Assembly: GCA_051942205.1 (NCBI GenBank) | Contig: JAVECO010000028.1 | Span: 1 to 64,000, forward strand | Reading direction: 5' to 3' | DNA: 64,000 bases | Source: Coniocarpon cinnabarinum | Taxonomy: Eukaryota | Shown: piece by piece, positions 38,531 to 50,599 of the stretch | Layout: every line of letters starts with the position of its first letter | Position numbering within the stretch: the stretch's first letter is position 1 | Position numbers and translations under genes: made by a program | Notes under the pieces: model-generated | Seen by the model: the letters and a program-made list of their open reading frames with translations, nothing else | Told to the model about the DNA's origin: nothing | Database searches by the model: none

Positions 38531-39183
38531 TTACAGGAAAGCAGCGAAGATGAAGCCAACGACGCCAAGAACGCCGCCGCTGACTTGTACGGCAGCGGAG
38601 GCACCGCTTGTGGAAGTGGGCCTGGCAGAGGAAGACGATCGGGAACCTGAGCCGGAGTTGGAGCTAGACTCAGTGGAGGAGCTCTCAGAGGATGACGAGC
38701 TGCTCGGGGGTGTTGAGCCAGGCGTAGCGACGGGAGTTCCAGGGGTAGCTCCCGGGGTGCCCGGAGTGCCGACGTAGGGTGCCATGCTTGGAGCGCCAGT
38801 AGCACCCGCAGGGCCCATTGGTGGAACGTAGGAGGCGGCCGCTGGGGAGTAAGGGGTCGCCGCGCCAACGGCAGTGGACATGCCAGCAGGGACAGTCACC
38901 AGAGTTGGCTGGGTGGTCACGACATTGGTGTTCACGTTCAGGTTGGGAGCAGGCTGGCTGGTAACGACGTTTGTGTTGACGTCCGTGTTGACAGTGGGAA
39001 TACCTGGGGATGTGTCAGTGGCGCGCTCTGCAAATTTCTTTCTTTCCAGAGACTCAACTCACCGGTGACAACGCCACGCGAGTCGGTCATGGTCGTGTAG
39101 GCAGTGACAGGGTTGCTGTAGGAGTAGGAGGAGCTCTGAGCAGCGGCAGCGCCGGCAAGCGCGAGGACGGCAGCGGTCTTCAT
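38531..39183 (-). CDS. GPI-anchored Ser/Thr/Pro-rich cell wall protein (2 exons)
   Basis: Signal MKTAAVLALAGAAAA; TMTDSRGVVTG|; NTNVVT[S/T]QP duplicated; GTPG repeats; SGAS then hydrophobic tail GVLGVVGFIFAAFL. Confidence 0.85.
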
Positions 39184-40489
39184 GTCGATGGATTTCGGTG
39201 CAGATTAAGCGATTGAGAGTAGGTAAGTAGAAGCGATGCTGAATAGCTTGAATAGGAGGTTGGTAGTTGCTGTATAAACGATTGACTGAGGATGTATATT
39301 ATTAAATAGACGTAGGTGGTCGAACAGTGAAGCGGTCGTCCGATGGAGGAGGGAAAAGAAAGAATGGGCGTGTGCAGAACAAGGGGAAGTAAAAGAGGGT
39401 GGAAGATGCGGGTCTCCTGAAGCTGGCAAGGAAAATTGGCCTTGCCCGAGCGGCGACCAATCACGACCGAGCCAATATTTCGCTCGGCGCCCTTCGATCC
39501 GGATCGAGGTGCCGCTCATTACTCCATTCGTTAGTTCATGATCATCGCCCGCGCCCGCGTCACTCTCGCGCCAGATGTGTCGCGCCCAAGGGAACCTCAA
39601 GCATTGGATCAAATCCGTTTGCAGATGAATCGCTGTCTCTTGACCTCACCGTTCCACCTTGTTGTGACCTAGACCCAGCATTGGGCGTTGACAATGCATG
39701 TATGTCGCTTGGCTTCCATTGACTGGCTTTGAGACATCTCAGTCTCAAGTGCCATGATGGCTTGACCAGCTATGCATCTTATTGCGACTCTCCACTCTGA
39801 AGCAACCTGTCATGCCACTCGGCTGAGTCACGTGATGCCAAGATTACTACTTATAGACTACATGACTTCACGCAACAAGTCATGATGGCGTTTGCGTTAC
39901 GCATGCGCGATCAAGGCGCACAGCTTCTTGCAGATGCAAATTCCTGCCTGCGAATCAGTGCTGAGTCTCCATATCTCTGAACCTTTCTGCAAAAGTGATC
40001 AGGTGTACATTGTACGACGATGCTGGGTTCACATTCATGAGAGCATTGAATCAAGGTCGCCGGCTCAATGTTGATCGTCAAAGCTCGCGCTGAGGCCAAA
40101 GTGCCAGGATGACAAAGGAAGACGGTGGCTGGCTTTATAGGATGACCCACTGATGAACGAAGCAGAAGTGTGCATAAACAAGGTCGTAGGCTAGAACAAT
40201 ATGTACAGACTTGAAATAGCATATTGTCCGATGAGCATGGGTTATGTGTCCTTTCCGTTGGTCAAAATGTCGGCTATCTTGAGAGTGGAAAAGTCGAAGG
40301 ATTTTCGTTGAATTGTTGCCTCTGTCTGCTAACGAGCGCCATCCCGCAAACAATATTTCCCTGTTGAAGCTTCTTCGAACTCTTCAAGGCTATCGCCGCA
40401 ACTTTCATTCGACCTGGAAATTGATACAAACAAACCGAGTGCTGTAGGCCTGATATTCAGTACCTTTCGCAAGGGAAGATTCCTCACAT

Positions 40490-40575
40490 CATGGGATTTC
40501 TTGTGTCATGAAAAGTTTTATGTTATGCATAACATGAATTCTTTTATACCATGAATTTCTTGTGTCATTGAAAAC
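40490..40575. repeat. AT-rich element: 16-bp perfect palindrome between two direct repeats
   Basis: ATGTTATGCATAACAT at 40520-40535; ATTTCTTGTGTCAT at 40496-40509 and 40555-40568. Confidence 0.8.
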
Positions 40576-41057
40576 CCTTGTATCATGGAATGCGTTATAT
40601 TATATGTTAAGACGAAGGTGCTTACTCGTTGTCTATGACAGCATCTTGGTGGAACTCTCGGCCAGTATCTCTCCTTGATTCCTCGAAGGCCCCTCTAGTG
40701 CGCTGGATTTGCTCTTCCCCAAAATCTCTCACTTTCTTATTAGAATCTCGATCGGCAGGAACCTACGTCTGCAAATATCATCCTGCCGTCAGCTCTTTGC
40801 TGTGCACGAGCCAAGTCGTTATTTCCGTCATTCGTTCGTCATCTTTTCCACCTTGCACCTCCGCTCTCTGCCTCCACCACCTCGACTACCTGCCTCTCGT
40901 CACGGGCTCTCGGTTTTAATTCCGTTTCTTCTACCACCTTCCATGGCTCCTGAAGCTGAGAAGCTTTACCTACCTAGGGACTAGCGCGTTTTACTGCCAC
41001 GCAAATAAATATCTGCCTGCCACCCCTGCTTTTCTTCTTTCTTTTCTCTTCCTCCTC

Positions 41058-41540
41058 GTGGCCCAACCGAACGGCACTCACTGGCGACGGACTGGATGTG
41101 GCCAAACCGCAAGGGCACTCGATGGCCGGCATGGGCGTAGAAGTGGCCAAACCGCAAGGGCACTCGATGGCCGGACTGGGCGTAGAAGTGGCCAAACCGC
41201 AAGGGCAATCGCTGGCCGGCATGGGCGCAGACGTGGCCAAACCGCAAGGGCACTCACTGGCGTTGGACTGGACGTGGCCAAACCGCAAGGGCACCCGATG
41301 GCCGGACTGGGCGTAGAAGTGGCTAAACCGCAAGGGCACTCACTGGCGTTGGACTGGACGTGGCCAAACCCCAAGGGCACCCGATGGCCGGATTGGGCGT
41401 AGAAGTGGCCAAACCGCAAGGGCAATCGCTGGCCGGCATGGGCGCAGACGTGGCCAAACCGCAAGGGCACTCGGTGGCATCGGAATGGGCGTGGCAGTGG
41501 CCAACCGCAGGGCACTCGCTGGCGACGGAGTGGGACGGGG
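41058..41540 (+). repeat. GC-rich complex minisatellite, about 11 units of 40-47 bp with 20-bp core GTGGCCAAACCGCAAGGGCA
   Basis: Cores start at 41058 (degenerate), 41098, 41143, 41188, 41233, 41274, 41319, 41360, 41405, 41450 and 41497 (degenerate). Confidence 0.93.
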
Positions 41541-42098
41541 GTGGGAATATGTTCAAGCCAACATGGCTGGGCCGCTGAAGCATCGCGTGAAGCCGAGTCT
41601 TAGGACCCAGAACACTCGTCAATTGGTGTGGGCTCGCAGTCTCTTGTTTCCAGTCATCCTTCTCTCTACGGGGAGTGGGTTCTGGTTTTCCTGATTCTGC
41701 TGACGGCTTCGGGTTCACTGTTTACTAAGTGGATAGTTGGATTAATGCAATGCGTGGTCTCCTTTCATAAGTTTGCAGTGTCTTCATTCTCTTTTAAGGT
41801 GCCTCTTGACTATATATCGTTCGTCTTTCTGGAGTCACCCTCGCCGTCATACCAAGCGCGCAGAGTCATGAGATCACTACAGTGTTGAAGCGCAAGGGAA
41901 TGCCACGTGACTGTATCATAGCGTTGCAGAGACGCCTAACTTAGCAGTCCGTGAGCGTGCCTCGCGCGCCTTCGGCTGCCACTAACGAGCGCTCAAAATT
42001 TATATTGAGAGTCGCATTGGCACTGCTTGTCGTGGTCTGCAACAAATATTGCACTGTCCAGACAACACGCGTGAATCGTTGTCTGAACATCAGCGAAA

Positions 42099-43045
42099 AT
42101 GGGCTTCTCCGACCTCGTCAATGACGCTGGTCTTACCATGCTTGATAAGTGGGTAACAACTCGTAGCTACATTGCTGGGTAAGTTCAAGGCGCGCTGCTG
42201 TTCACCTCACTATCTTGCACAATGATGAGATTTCTCTTGGTCCGTGTTTATGAGAAGGCTTAAGACACCTTCATATGATTCGCCATACCAGCACGCTACA
42301 TTGCGTGCCTGAGCAGCCACGGTCTTTCGATCACTGCAGCGACTTTTGCTCAAGCAGACAGCTAACATGCTTCTGTGTGCCAGCTATACCCCATCCCAAG
42401 CCGACGTCAAGACGTTCCAAGGCGTCAAGAAGTCCCCAGCAGTCGAGAAGTATCCGCATGCCTACCGATGGTACAAGCACATTGCATCATTCGAGTCCGA
42501 GTTCTCGGCCCTGCCTGGCGATCCTTCAAAAGAGTACACAGCGTACGGTCCGGAAGCAAGCGAAGTCACTGTGAACCCTGCGAAAGCCCCAGCTGCGGAC
42601 GAGGAGGATGATGACGACCTGTTCGGAAGCAGTGAATCGGAAGACGAGGAGACGAAGAAAGTTCGCGAGCAGCGATTGGCAGAGTATAAGAAGAAGAAGG
42701 AGGGCAAGGCCAAGCCGACTGCTAAATCTGTGGTCACACTGGACGTCAAGCCATGGGGTGCGTCATACCTGGTCGCATGTATCTGAGCTGGATGGCGAAT
42801 GCTGACACAATGCAGACGACGAAACAGACATGAAGGAGCTTGAGAAAAACGTACGCGCTATTGAGAAGGACGGTCTGGTGTGGGGCAAGGCACAGCTCGT
42901 GGCAGTGGGCTTCGGTGTGAAGAAGTTGCAAATCAACCTCGTTGTGGAGGACGACAAGGTTTCCTTGGAGGAACTGCAAGAAGACATCGAGGGCGACGAA
43001 GACCATGTGCAGAGTACCGACGTTGCGGCAATGCAAAAACTATAG
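42099..43045 (+). CDS. EFB1: Translation elongation factor 1-beta (3 exons; intron 1 42179-42383)
   Basis: MGFSDL...[62 protein letters not shown]. Confidence 0.97.
42218..42316 (+). ncRNA. snR18: Intronic box C/D snoRNA U18/snR18
   Basis: Box C ATGATGA 42222-42228; guide CTTGGTCCGTGTTT complementary to the conserved LSU rRNA AAACACGGACCAAG; D' ATGA 42250-42253; box D CTGA 42309-42312; yeast snR18 lies in the EFB1 intron. Confidence 0.9.
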
Positions 43046-43708
43046 AACTTGCATGCTGTAAAGGATACGATGCAGACCTGAAGCACTCGTGTACGTGCCA
43101 GTAGATGAATTTCTCTCTTGCGAAGACGGTCTTTCTGCACGTGTGCACACGTTGGAGTATGAATACGCTGGCTGATACGTTTCAAGATCATAGCTATGGA
43201 TCTTAAAGTCACGACTTTCAAAAACTCCATAAATACCTGAATAGCAGAAGATCGTTTCCGCCTTTGGTAAATTTCAACTATAAGACCTCACGCTATAGGC
43301 ATACCTATCCTCTCACATTGAGTATGCCGTTTTCAGTCATCAATCCACCGCAAGCTGCGATGAACGATCAACAATCGTGAATAGTGTCTCCCAACTGCCA
43401 CTAAACATTTTGGCTGCGAGTAATGGTTGCGGCACGAGCCACCAATACATCATACACTAGAGATGCGCTCGGCATTTGAGCCGGTCCTTTGACCGAGCGA
43501 AGTGCGCGGTCGGCTATGATGTCTCATTGTTTTAGACTTAATGAGTGCCGACCCATAGATTCGGCTGTGCACGTGGCGTTAATGGCTAGCGATCAACTCA
43601 AAAAAGTCATGAGATAGTGGTAGCAGTGTTCATACAAAGTATCATCAATGTCGTCCCAATTCGTTCGTTCAAACGAACGAGCTCCGACGACAGCTTGATG
43701 ATTACAGC

Positions 43709-45152
43709 ATGAGTTCGCAAGATGACCGGCAAGGCTCGCCGTCTCCTTCGCAACGTCAGTCCGAGCAGAGCTCGATCGAAAATGTTGAAAAATCAGAAAC
43801 GAGCCATAACGGCCACTTAGGCCAACACGAGAAGAAGCAAGACGATGTACCTCCAGACGGTGGCTACGGTTGGGTGTGTGTGGCTTCCGTAGCGCTCATC
43901 AACGCTCATACTTGGGGCATCAATAGTGTGCGTCCTATCTACACTTCCGTTGTTTACTATCAAAGCCGTTAACCAAGTTCAGAGCTACGGCGTCTTCCTC
44001 GCCTACTACCTCTCACACAATGTCTTCCCAGGTGCCACATACCTCGATTTCGCCTTCGTCGGAGGCCTCTCAATCTCAATGGCATTGCTCATTTCCCCGA
44101 TTGCCACCACGCTTATTGGTCATGCCGGCACGCGCGTGTGCCTAATTGTTGGGATTTTCTTCGAAACGCTTTCGCTCATTGGCGCCTCTTTCGCCAAACA
44201 AACCTGGCAGCTGTTCTTTTCCCAAGGCGTCTGCTTCGGCTGGGGCATGGGCTTTCTTTTCGTGGGCTCCGTCAACGTTCCACCGCAATGGTTTGCAAAA
44301 CGACGGAGTCTGGCAAACGCCTGTGGCGCTGCTGGGTCGGGTCTTGGTGGCTTGACGTACGCGCTTGCGACCCAGGCAATCATTGAGCATATCAGCTTGG
44401 GCTGGGCGTTCCGCGTCCTGGGCATTTTATCGTTTGCCGTCAACTTCACCTGCACCATCATGATCAGAGATCGGAACAAGCAGATCGGGACTAAGCATGT
44501 CGCGTTCTCTTCGTCACTCATAAAGCAGCCGCAATTCCTTCTGTTGCTCGGATGGGGATTCTTCAGCATGCTCGGATATATCGTCCTTCTCTTCTCGCTG
44601 CCGAACTATGCAACGCAGTCAGCTGGCTTGACTGCATCACAGGGTTCGCTTGTCTCAGCCATGCTCAACCTGGGTCAAGGGCTAGGGCGCCCGCCCGTTG
44701 GATATTTCTCGGACCGCGTCGGCCGTATAAACATGGCAATGACATGCACGTTTGCATGTGGACTATTTTGTCTCGTCATTTGGGTCTTCGCATCATCATA
44801 TGGCGTACTAATTTTCTTCGCATTGATCGCTGGGACCGTCTCAGGGACGTTCTGGGCGACTGTCGCACCTGTGACTGCGGAGTGCGTTGGATTGCAGGAT
44901 TTGCCGAGTGCGTTGAATCTGACTTGGCTGAATTTGGTGCTGCCAACGACATTTAGTGAGGCCATGGCGTTGGAAATTGCCAGCAAGAGCGAGGCTGGCT
45001 ATCTGGGAGCGCAGCTGTTCGCGGGGTTTATGTATGTGGCGGCGGCAGGTTGCCTCGTCGGTGTGAGAATGTGGAGGATTGGAGTCGTTGAAAGGGAACA
45101 GGGAAGAGAAGCAAGTTTGATAGCACGTATAGTGGGTTGGAAGAAGGTGTGA
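43709..45152 (+). CDS. MFS monocarboxylate-transporter-like (Mch family) protein (2 exons)
   Basis: PPDGGYGWVCV, NAHTWGINS|SYGVFLAYY, QWFAKRRSLANA, GRPPVGYFSDRVGRIN. Confidence 0.93.
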
Positions 45153-45440
45153 TCATGAGGATGAGCATTCAAAGCATGATTGCATAGAGCTTAATGAATA
45201 GATCATCAAGATGAAGAACGAGCTTCTCATGCCAGACCATATGCTCTGGGTTCGATGTCGCGGGAATGAGTAGCTATCTGCGATGAAGGAAGCCTCTGCG
45301 TATTGCATCGCCTATATCTTCAATGCTTTTTAGGCCACGCTTTCATGCCGCTGTGTCTTGACTGTGAACACATTCTTTTGAATCGTTCTGTACAACCCTC
45401 CTCCATGACCTCCACATCAGCACAATTGATGTTCCACACA

Positions 45441-45952
45441 CTATTGGCTCTCGTCTTGCTCCGGTAACAGCCCCTCCTTTTGCAGCCTTCTCGTGGCTTC
45501 TTCTAATGCCCAGGTCTCGATACTACACGCTGCGTTAGCCAAAATCACCAAGGTCGTCCAGACTTCCTGCTCCCTTTCAATCCACGGTGAAAAAAGCCAT
45601 ACCTCGTATCAGGTTTAAAAGCATAAGCTACAGCCGCCAGTCCCAGACTCCCAAAGAACCCATAATACCATAACCCCTCCCAGCCCTCTTTCTCGTATTT
45701 CTGTCCGGGCGGAATGCCCCAGAGCCAGCCTGTGGGTGGATCGTAATGTGAGTCGTGTGCAGCGTGGTCGGCATGGTCTTCTCGCGCTATGGGCGTGGTG
45801 CTGAGAGTGCGGGCGGTGCGTGAAGTTGATGGTTGCGTTGGAGGCTGCAAAGTGAATGGGATGGCAGTCTGAGGGACTGTAGAGGGACGAGCGCGGTGTG
45901 TGAGGGTTGTGCGGGGGAGGATGCGGATGCTGCTGCGGAGGGCGGTTGACAT
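45441..45952 (-). CDS. NDUFB11: NADH:ubiquinone oxidoreductase ESSS subunit (2 exons)
   Basis: Presequence; HYDPPTGWLWG, YEKEGWE, AYAFKPDT|SIETWALEEATRRLQKEG. Confidence 0.9.
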
Positions 45953-46393
45953 GGTGGTTCGCACAGGTGCAAAGAGGTGAAGATGCCCTTCGTAGGTAAA
46001 TGGCAACGGAGCACGTAGTGAGAAATCGGGAGGAGAGCACGAAGCCTGCGAGTAGCCCAAAGCTGTATAGAATAGACACAAGAGAGCAGGACCAAACACC
46101 CAATACGGGATTGATCGGCTGCTGAGTCAGCAATGAAGGTTCTCGTTCCTTGCAAGCCTTCCCTCTATCGCAATACATACTCCGGTTTTCTTATCACGAC
46201 CACACATCATTGACTTTTCATTTTTATTCTCGTTGTTGAATATCGCGCCATTTGTTAACGATGAGCATGCGTTGCCGTATGCACCGAAGAAGCCCACCCT
46301 CCGTCTAGCAAGCTTCACTCCTACTCGTGATTCGGCAACGTGCCCGAGGCCTTTCTTTTTTTGACGACGTCTTGAACCACTACACTTCCATTC

Positions 46394-47469
46394 TTATTGG
46401 TCTACATATACCATATGTTTCTTCTTGCCTTTGACGCCAACATCGACCTTGAAGAGCATGCCTCCTTGCTCCCCTGAATCCTCTCCAATCCCAATCGTAG
46501 TAATCCATAGCTCCGTTCCGACGAAGCATGGACAGCTTATCTTCTTCGCGCCAGGTATCAACACCTCCGCCACGACCTCACCCTTCGGATCCAGCCTCAC
46601 CACCTTGCCAGCTCCAAACAGTGCCACCCATAGGTGCTCCTGTTCGTCCATCACATGGCCATCAGGTCCCCATCCCTCATTCTTTGCAAAGCCGGATTCG
46701 AAGAATGTGCGCTGGTTGCTGAATGCGCCGGTCTCGATGTCGTAGTCGTACTTGTAAATTCCTTTCGGGGTGTCGGTGTAGTACATGATTTTGTCGTCAT
46801 ATGTCCAGGATGTACCATTGGGAATCACAACATCCCTATCTATAACTTTGCGCAGCGAGCCGTCACGATCATAGCGGTATAGAGCATTGGTCTTTTCGCC
46901 CGGTGTAAGCACGTTGGCCGCATCTTTGCTCGGATCGACGAACGTCCCAGCAAAGAAGCTGATTAGTTGTAAGCTAGGTCTGATTGCGCCGCTCGCGTGG
47001 CCATCTTGCACGAAGCTGATGAAGAGGTAAGACGTACCGTCCTGCGGAGTCAACGTTGCCGTCATTCATCCGGCAGCGCTTCTTCTTCTCCTCAGCATCT
47101 GGATCACCACCGTATATGTCCTTTACGCTGCGATGCTCGCCGGTATGTCTGTTCATGATACCATAGGCGAACTCGCCAGCATACATGAACTCATCTTCGT
47201 GGCCATCGATATCAGCAATCACACCAATGCTGAAACCAGGGTGGCTGATCGTGCGAAGCGACGAAGGGCCTTTCGACGGATCGACAAAATGACTTGACGC
47301 AATCAATCCGTTAGAATAGTGCGAAGTTTGTTGCGACTTACATCTTCTTGCTGTCGATATCCAGAAAACGAAACTCGTTTACTCGTTCATCATAGTGAGG
47401 GCCTTCGCCAAGTTTGCATTTGAGGTCTAAATATGGCTCTTTGATCGTCCACTGTTTTGGGCTAGCCAT
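46394..47469 (-). CDS. SMP-30/gluconolactonase/regucalcin family protein (3 exons)
   Basis: CKLGEGPHY, RMNDGNVDSAGR|, IPNGTSW, YYTDT, GPDGHVMD, SCPCFVG. Confidence 0.9.
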
Positions 47470-48492
47470 CATCCAAAGCAGTCTGCCCTTAGTTCAACGT
47501 TTTCCACTGTAGATGACGGATTCGTTGGCCGTGGCAAAACTCCACTTAATCCACCGCAAGGGCCCTTCAGAGAAGTACTTGCCGCACAATAATTCAACGT
47601 CTTATGAGTCGCGAGGCGCTTTCGCGGTTTTGCTGATAGCTATGTGACATCAATTGTTCTCATCGTATGGGCTCGTCGCCTAGACTGAGATCCGGCAACG
47701 GCTTTTGTCCCTCACCCTTGCCGTTTGGCAGCAGACTCACAACATCGACTCGGCCTAGATGCCACCGAGCTCATGGAGCTGTTTCTGTGTCCGTTGGCAC
47801 GGCCTTGAGACACAAGATATTACATTTTCGAAGCATCATGGTACCCTTTTTGGGAGAGCAAAGCAACGTCCATTTGGATTGAACAGCATCCTGGCCACAA
47901 CAACGCGCACTCCTGCAGTGTCATCAAGGCACTGACTCACGCAGGATTGTTGTGCCCTAGTCCGACTTGATGTTTGCTGTTCATGGTGATCTAAGAGTAG
48001 AACAGGAGGAGGAGGAGCTCAGAAACTGTGTGATCTTGAATGGTTGCGACCCTCCAACACCGTTCAATGCACCTTCATCCACGCCTATGCTGACATTGTT
48101 CTTCCGTATTTGGGATTGCAGAGCCACACTGCATACGTGGCTTACCAATCGGAAGCCCACGGTAGGACGAGTAAAGCTTACCAAGCGGGTTTTGCACTGT
48201 ATTAGGAGAAGATGACACGCGCTAAGAGGCACATGCAAGCATGCACGCGTATCATGTATACAAGTCCAATACGATCGCATGCGGCGTATTCGTGACGGTC
48301 TTAAAGACGCCAACACCGTCTTGTTTCCGACCTTTGAAGCTTCCGTTGAACATTGCACGACCCCACCTGACGTAATACTAGAACCTTTTCATGCTTATGT
48401 TCTGGAACGTTCGGGTTTCAAAGCGCAACGTATAAGAAGAGGCACGCGAATAGCAAACACCTTTGATAGCAGTATTGATAAACATCGTAACA

Positions 48493-49297
48493 ATGGCACC
48501 AAAAGTACTGATCGTCCTTTCTTCTCATAACCAGCTGGGAAACACCGGCAAGCCGACAGGATGTGAGCGTCACAAGGCATAAGCCTGCAGCACTACTGAC
48601 TGTGAAGTGGCTGATGATGTTGGTCAGGGTTCCTTCCAGAATTCGCTCATCCGTACTACAAGTTAGAGGGCAAGGCCGACATCACAGTCGTGTCACCCAA
48701 GGGAGGTGAAGCTCCCCTGGACCCTGCTTCTGTCGAAATGTCGAAAGAAGATAGCGAATCGATGAGGTTCCTCAAAGAAAAGGAAGCACTCTGGAAGAAC
48801 ACTCAGAAGCTGAGTGACTACCTCGGCAAGGCAGACCAGTTTGCCGCAATCTTTTTCGTCGGAGGCCACGGACGTAGGCATTGCCCGGGATACAATGTGT
48901 GAGAACCAACTGACGCTGTTCATCAGCAATGTTCGACCTAGCAACGGACGCGCAATCACAGCAACTCATCCGGGAGTTCTACGAGAAGAGCAAAGTCGTC
49001 TCAGCGGTGTGCCACGGCCCCGCTGCCCTCACCAACGTCAAGCTCAGCGACGGCTCTTACCTCGTCTCTGGCCAGGAAGTGACGGGATTCAGCAACTCGG
49101 AGGAAGACGCCATGAGCCTTTCGAGTGCCATGCCGTTCATGCTGGAGACTCAACTAGGCGCCAATGGGGGCAAGTTCGTGAAGGCTAATGACTGGGCGTC
49201 GAAGGTCGTCACGAGCGGTAAGGGCAACAAGCTCATCACTGGCCAGAATCCTGCAAGCGCTGGACCGATTGGTGAGGCTATCCTCGCGGCGATGTGA
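48493..49297 (+). CDS. DJ-1/PfpI family, Hsp31-like glyoxalase III (3 exons)
   Basis: MAPKVLIVLSSH, TG|WFLPEFAHPY, FVGGHG|, AVCHGP, ITGQNPAS. Confidence 0.92.
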
Positions 49298-49691
49298 GTC
49301 TGTGTATAGCTTGGTTTGTATAGGGTGGGCCTGGATGTTGGTAACAGATTGCGTGGACCCGCAAATTTCGAGAGACGTGTCGTTCAATTCTGACGTTCTC
49401 TTCTCAGCCGTCATCTGGCGAGCCGTGAGATCTTTGCTACCAAGATGTACTGCTTGCCTCCTTGCGCGCTCATACCAAAGATACAAAACATATGAAAACG
49501 ACTCACCTAGAGGCTCCTCTTAAAGTCAGGCGCAATGGCGCGTCCAGACCGCTACTCAGCTGTGTCACCTTCGCAGCTTCCACACAAACATGAGCGTCCA
49601 CACCTTCCTTTTCTCTCTCCGTGTCATCTTCCTCTCTTCGATCCTTTCCGTAACCGTCTTGTCAAGTCTTCCGTAGCTCCACGTAGTCACG

Positions 49692-50306
49692 ATGTCAGCC
49701 GCTAAGCGGGCTTCTCAAGAGGTCCCACAGCTCGCCACCAAGCGAGTTCGCCTCTCTAATGATGAGCTCGAAGGACTGACCAGGTCTGGATTGATTGCCA
49801 TGATCAAGTCGCTGGAGGACGAGCTGGAGATCGTCAAAACCACCGCAGCTGCGAAAGTATCGGGCAACACAAATGAAATGACTGAGCAGAAAGCCCGACA
49901 ACAAGCTGAAAAAGCAAATATTTTTAATGGTCAAAGGAATCAAGAGCCAGATGAAGGTAGGCAACTCACGGATTCCACACCTCTTGACTCCTTGCGAGCA
50001 AGCTGACAAGGCCTTGTCTAGTGGAAGCCGGCCTGCAAAAAGGGTGCTGCAAAGTCCAGCTACACCGGCGCTTTGTCTTCCACAGAAGCATTCAACGTCC
50101 TGACACGCCAAGGCTTTGATGCGAAGAAGCCGAAGAAACTGGTGCAGTTCTCTGTCGATGAGCTCGAGGATAAAGTCGCCAAGGCGGACATATCTGCCAG
50201 TGTGCGCTTTGGCTCGATATACATCACCGGCAAAGGGGTCAATTTGAGGTGGAAGGAGGATGATCAGACGTTCACTGCGACTGGCTCGTATGGACTGGCG
50301 GTATGA
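49692..50306 (+). CDS. Small fungal hypothetical protein carrying an apparent +1 frameshift (T-run 49921-49925); intron 49957-50021
   Basis: Exon 2 (WKPACKKG...ASVRFGSIYITG...TGSYG) joins in frame only to LMVKGIKSQMK, which is one base out of frame with the ATG. Confidence 0.65.
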
Positions 50307-50599
50307 GGCTGCTGCTTCTTCAAGGATCATGTCATCAAGCCAGCGCCGGCGTTGGGGAGCGTATCCCATTTTACTGGGAAGGTGAAGTAGACAAACATGT
50401 TCGCGTTCATCCATTCATGCATCTATGCCTCTTGCACAATTAGATACGAGTATAAGGTTTGATGTTCTCATAATTACACTATATGTTGCAGCATCACCTA
50501 CAACATCTTTATATAAGATGTTCTGAAGCGTCTTCAGCCACGTTCATTTCTCCATCTTTCTTCACACCCTTCATACCCTTTGCGACTACTGAACCGAAG

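Noticed and set aside
41058..41540. CRISPR array
   Set aside because: Eukaryotic context, no cas genes, and the linkers are mutually related and repeated rather than unique spacers
41058..41578. Repetitive RiPP/pheromone precursor (GQTARALDGRHGRRS or VAKPQGHSMAGMGVE repeats)
   Set aside because: 41- and 47-nt units shift frame, there is no signal peptide, and no DUF3328/UstY-type tailoring genes are nearby
49290..49400. Alternative splice donor (AT|GTGAGT) over the DJ-1 stop giving a cryptic PTS1
   Set aside because: The acceptors tried give extensions that do not end in SKL-like tripeptides
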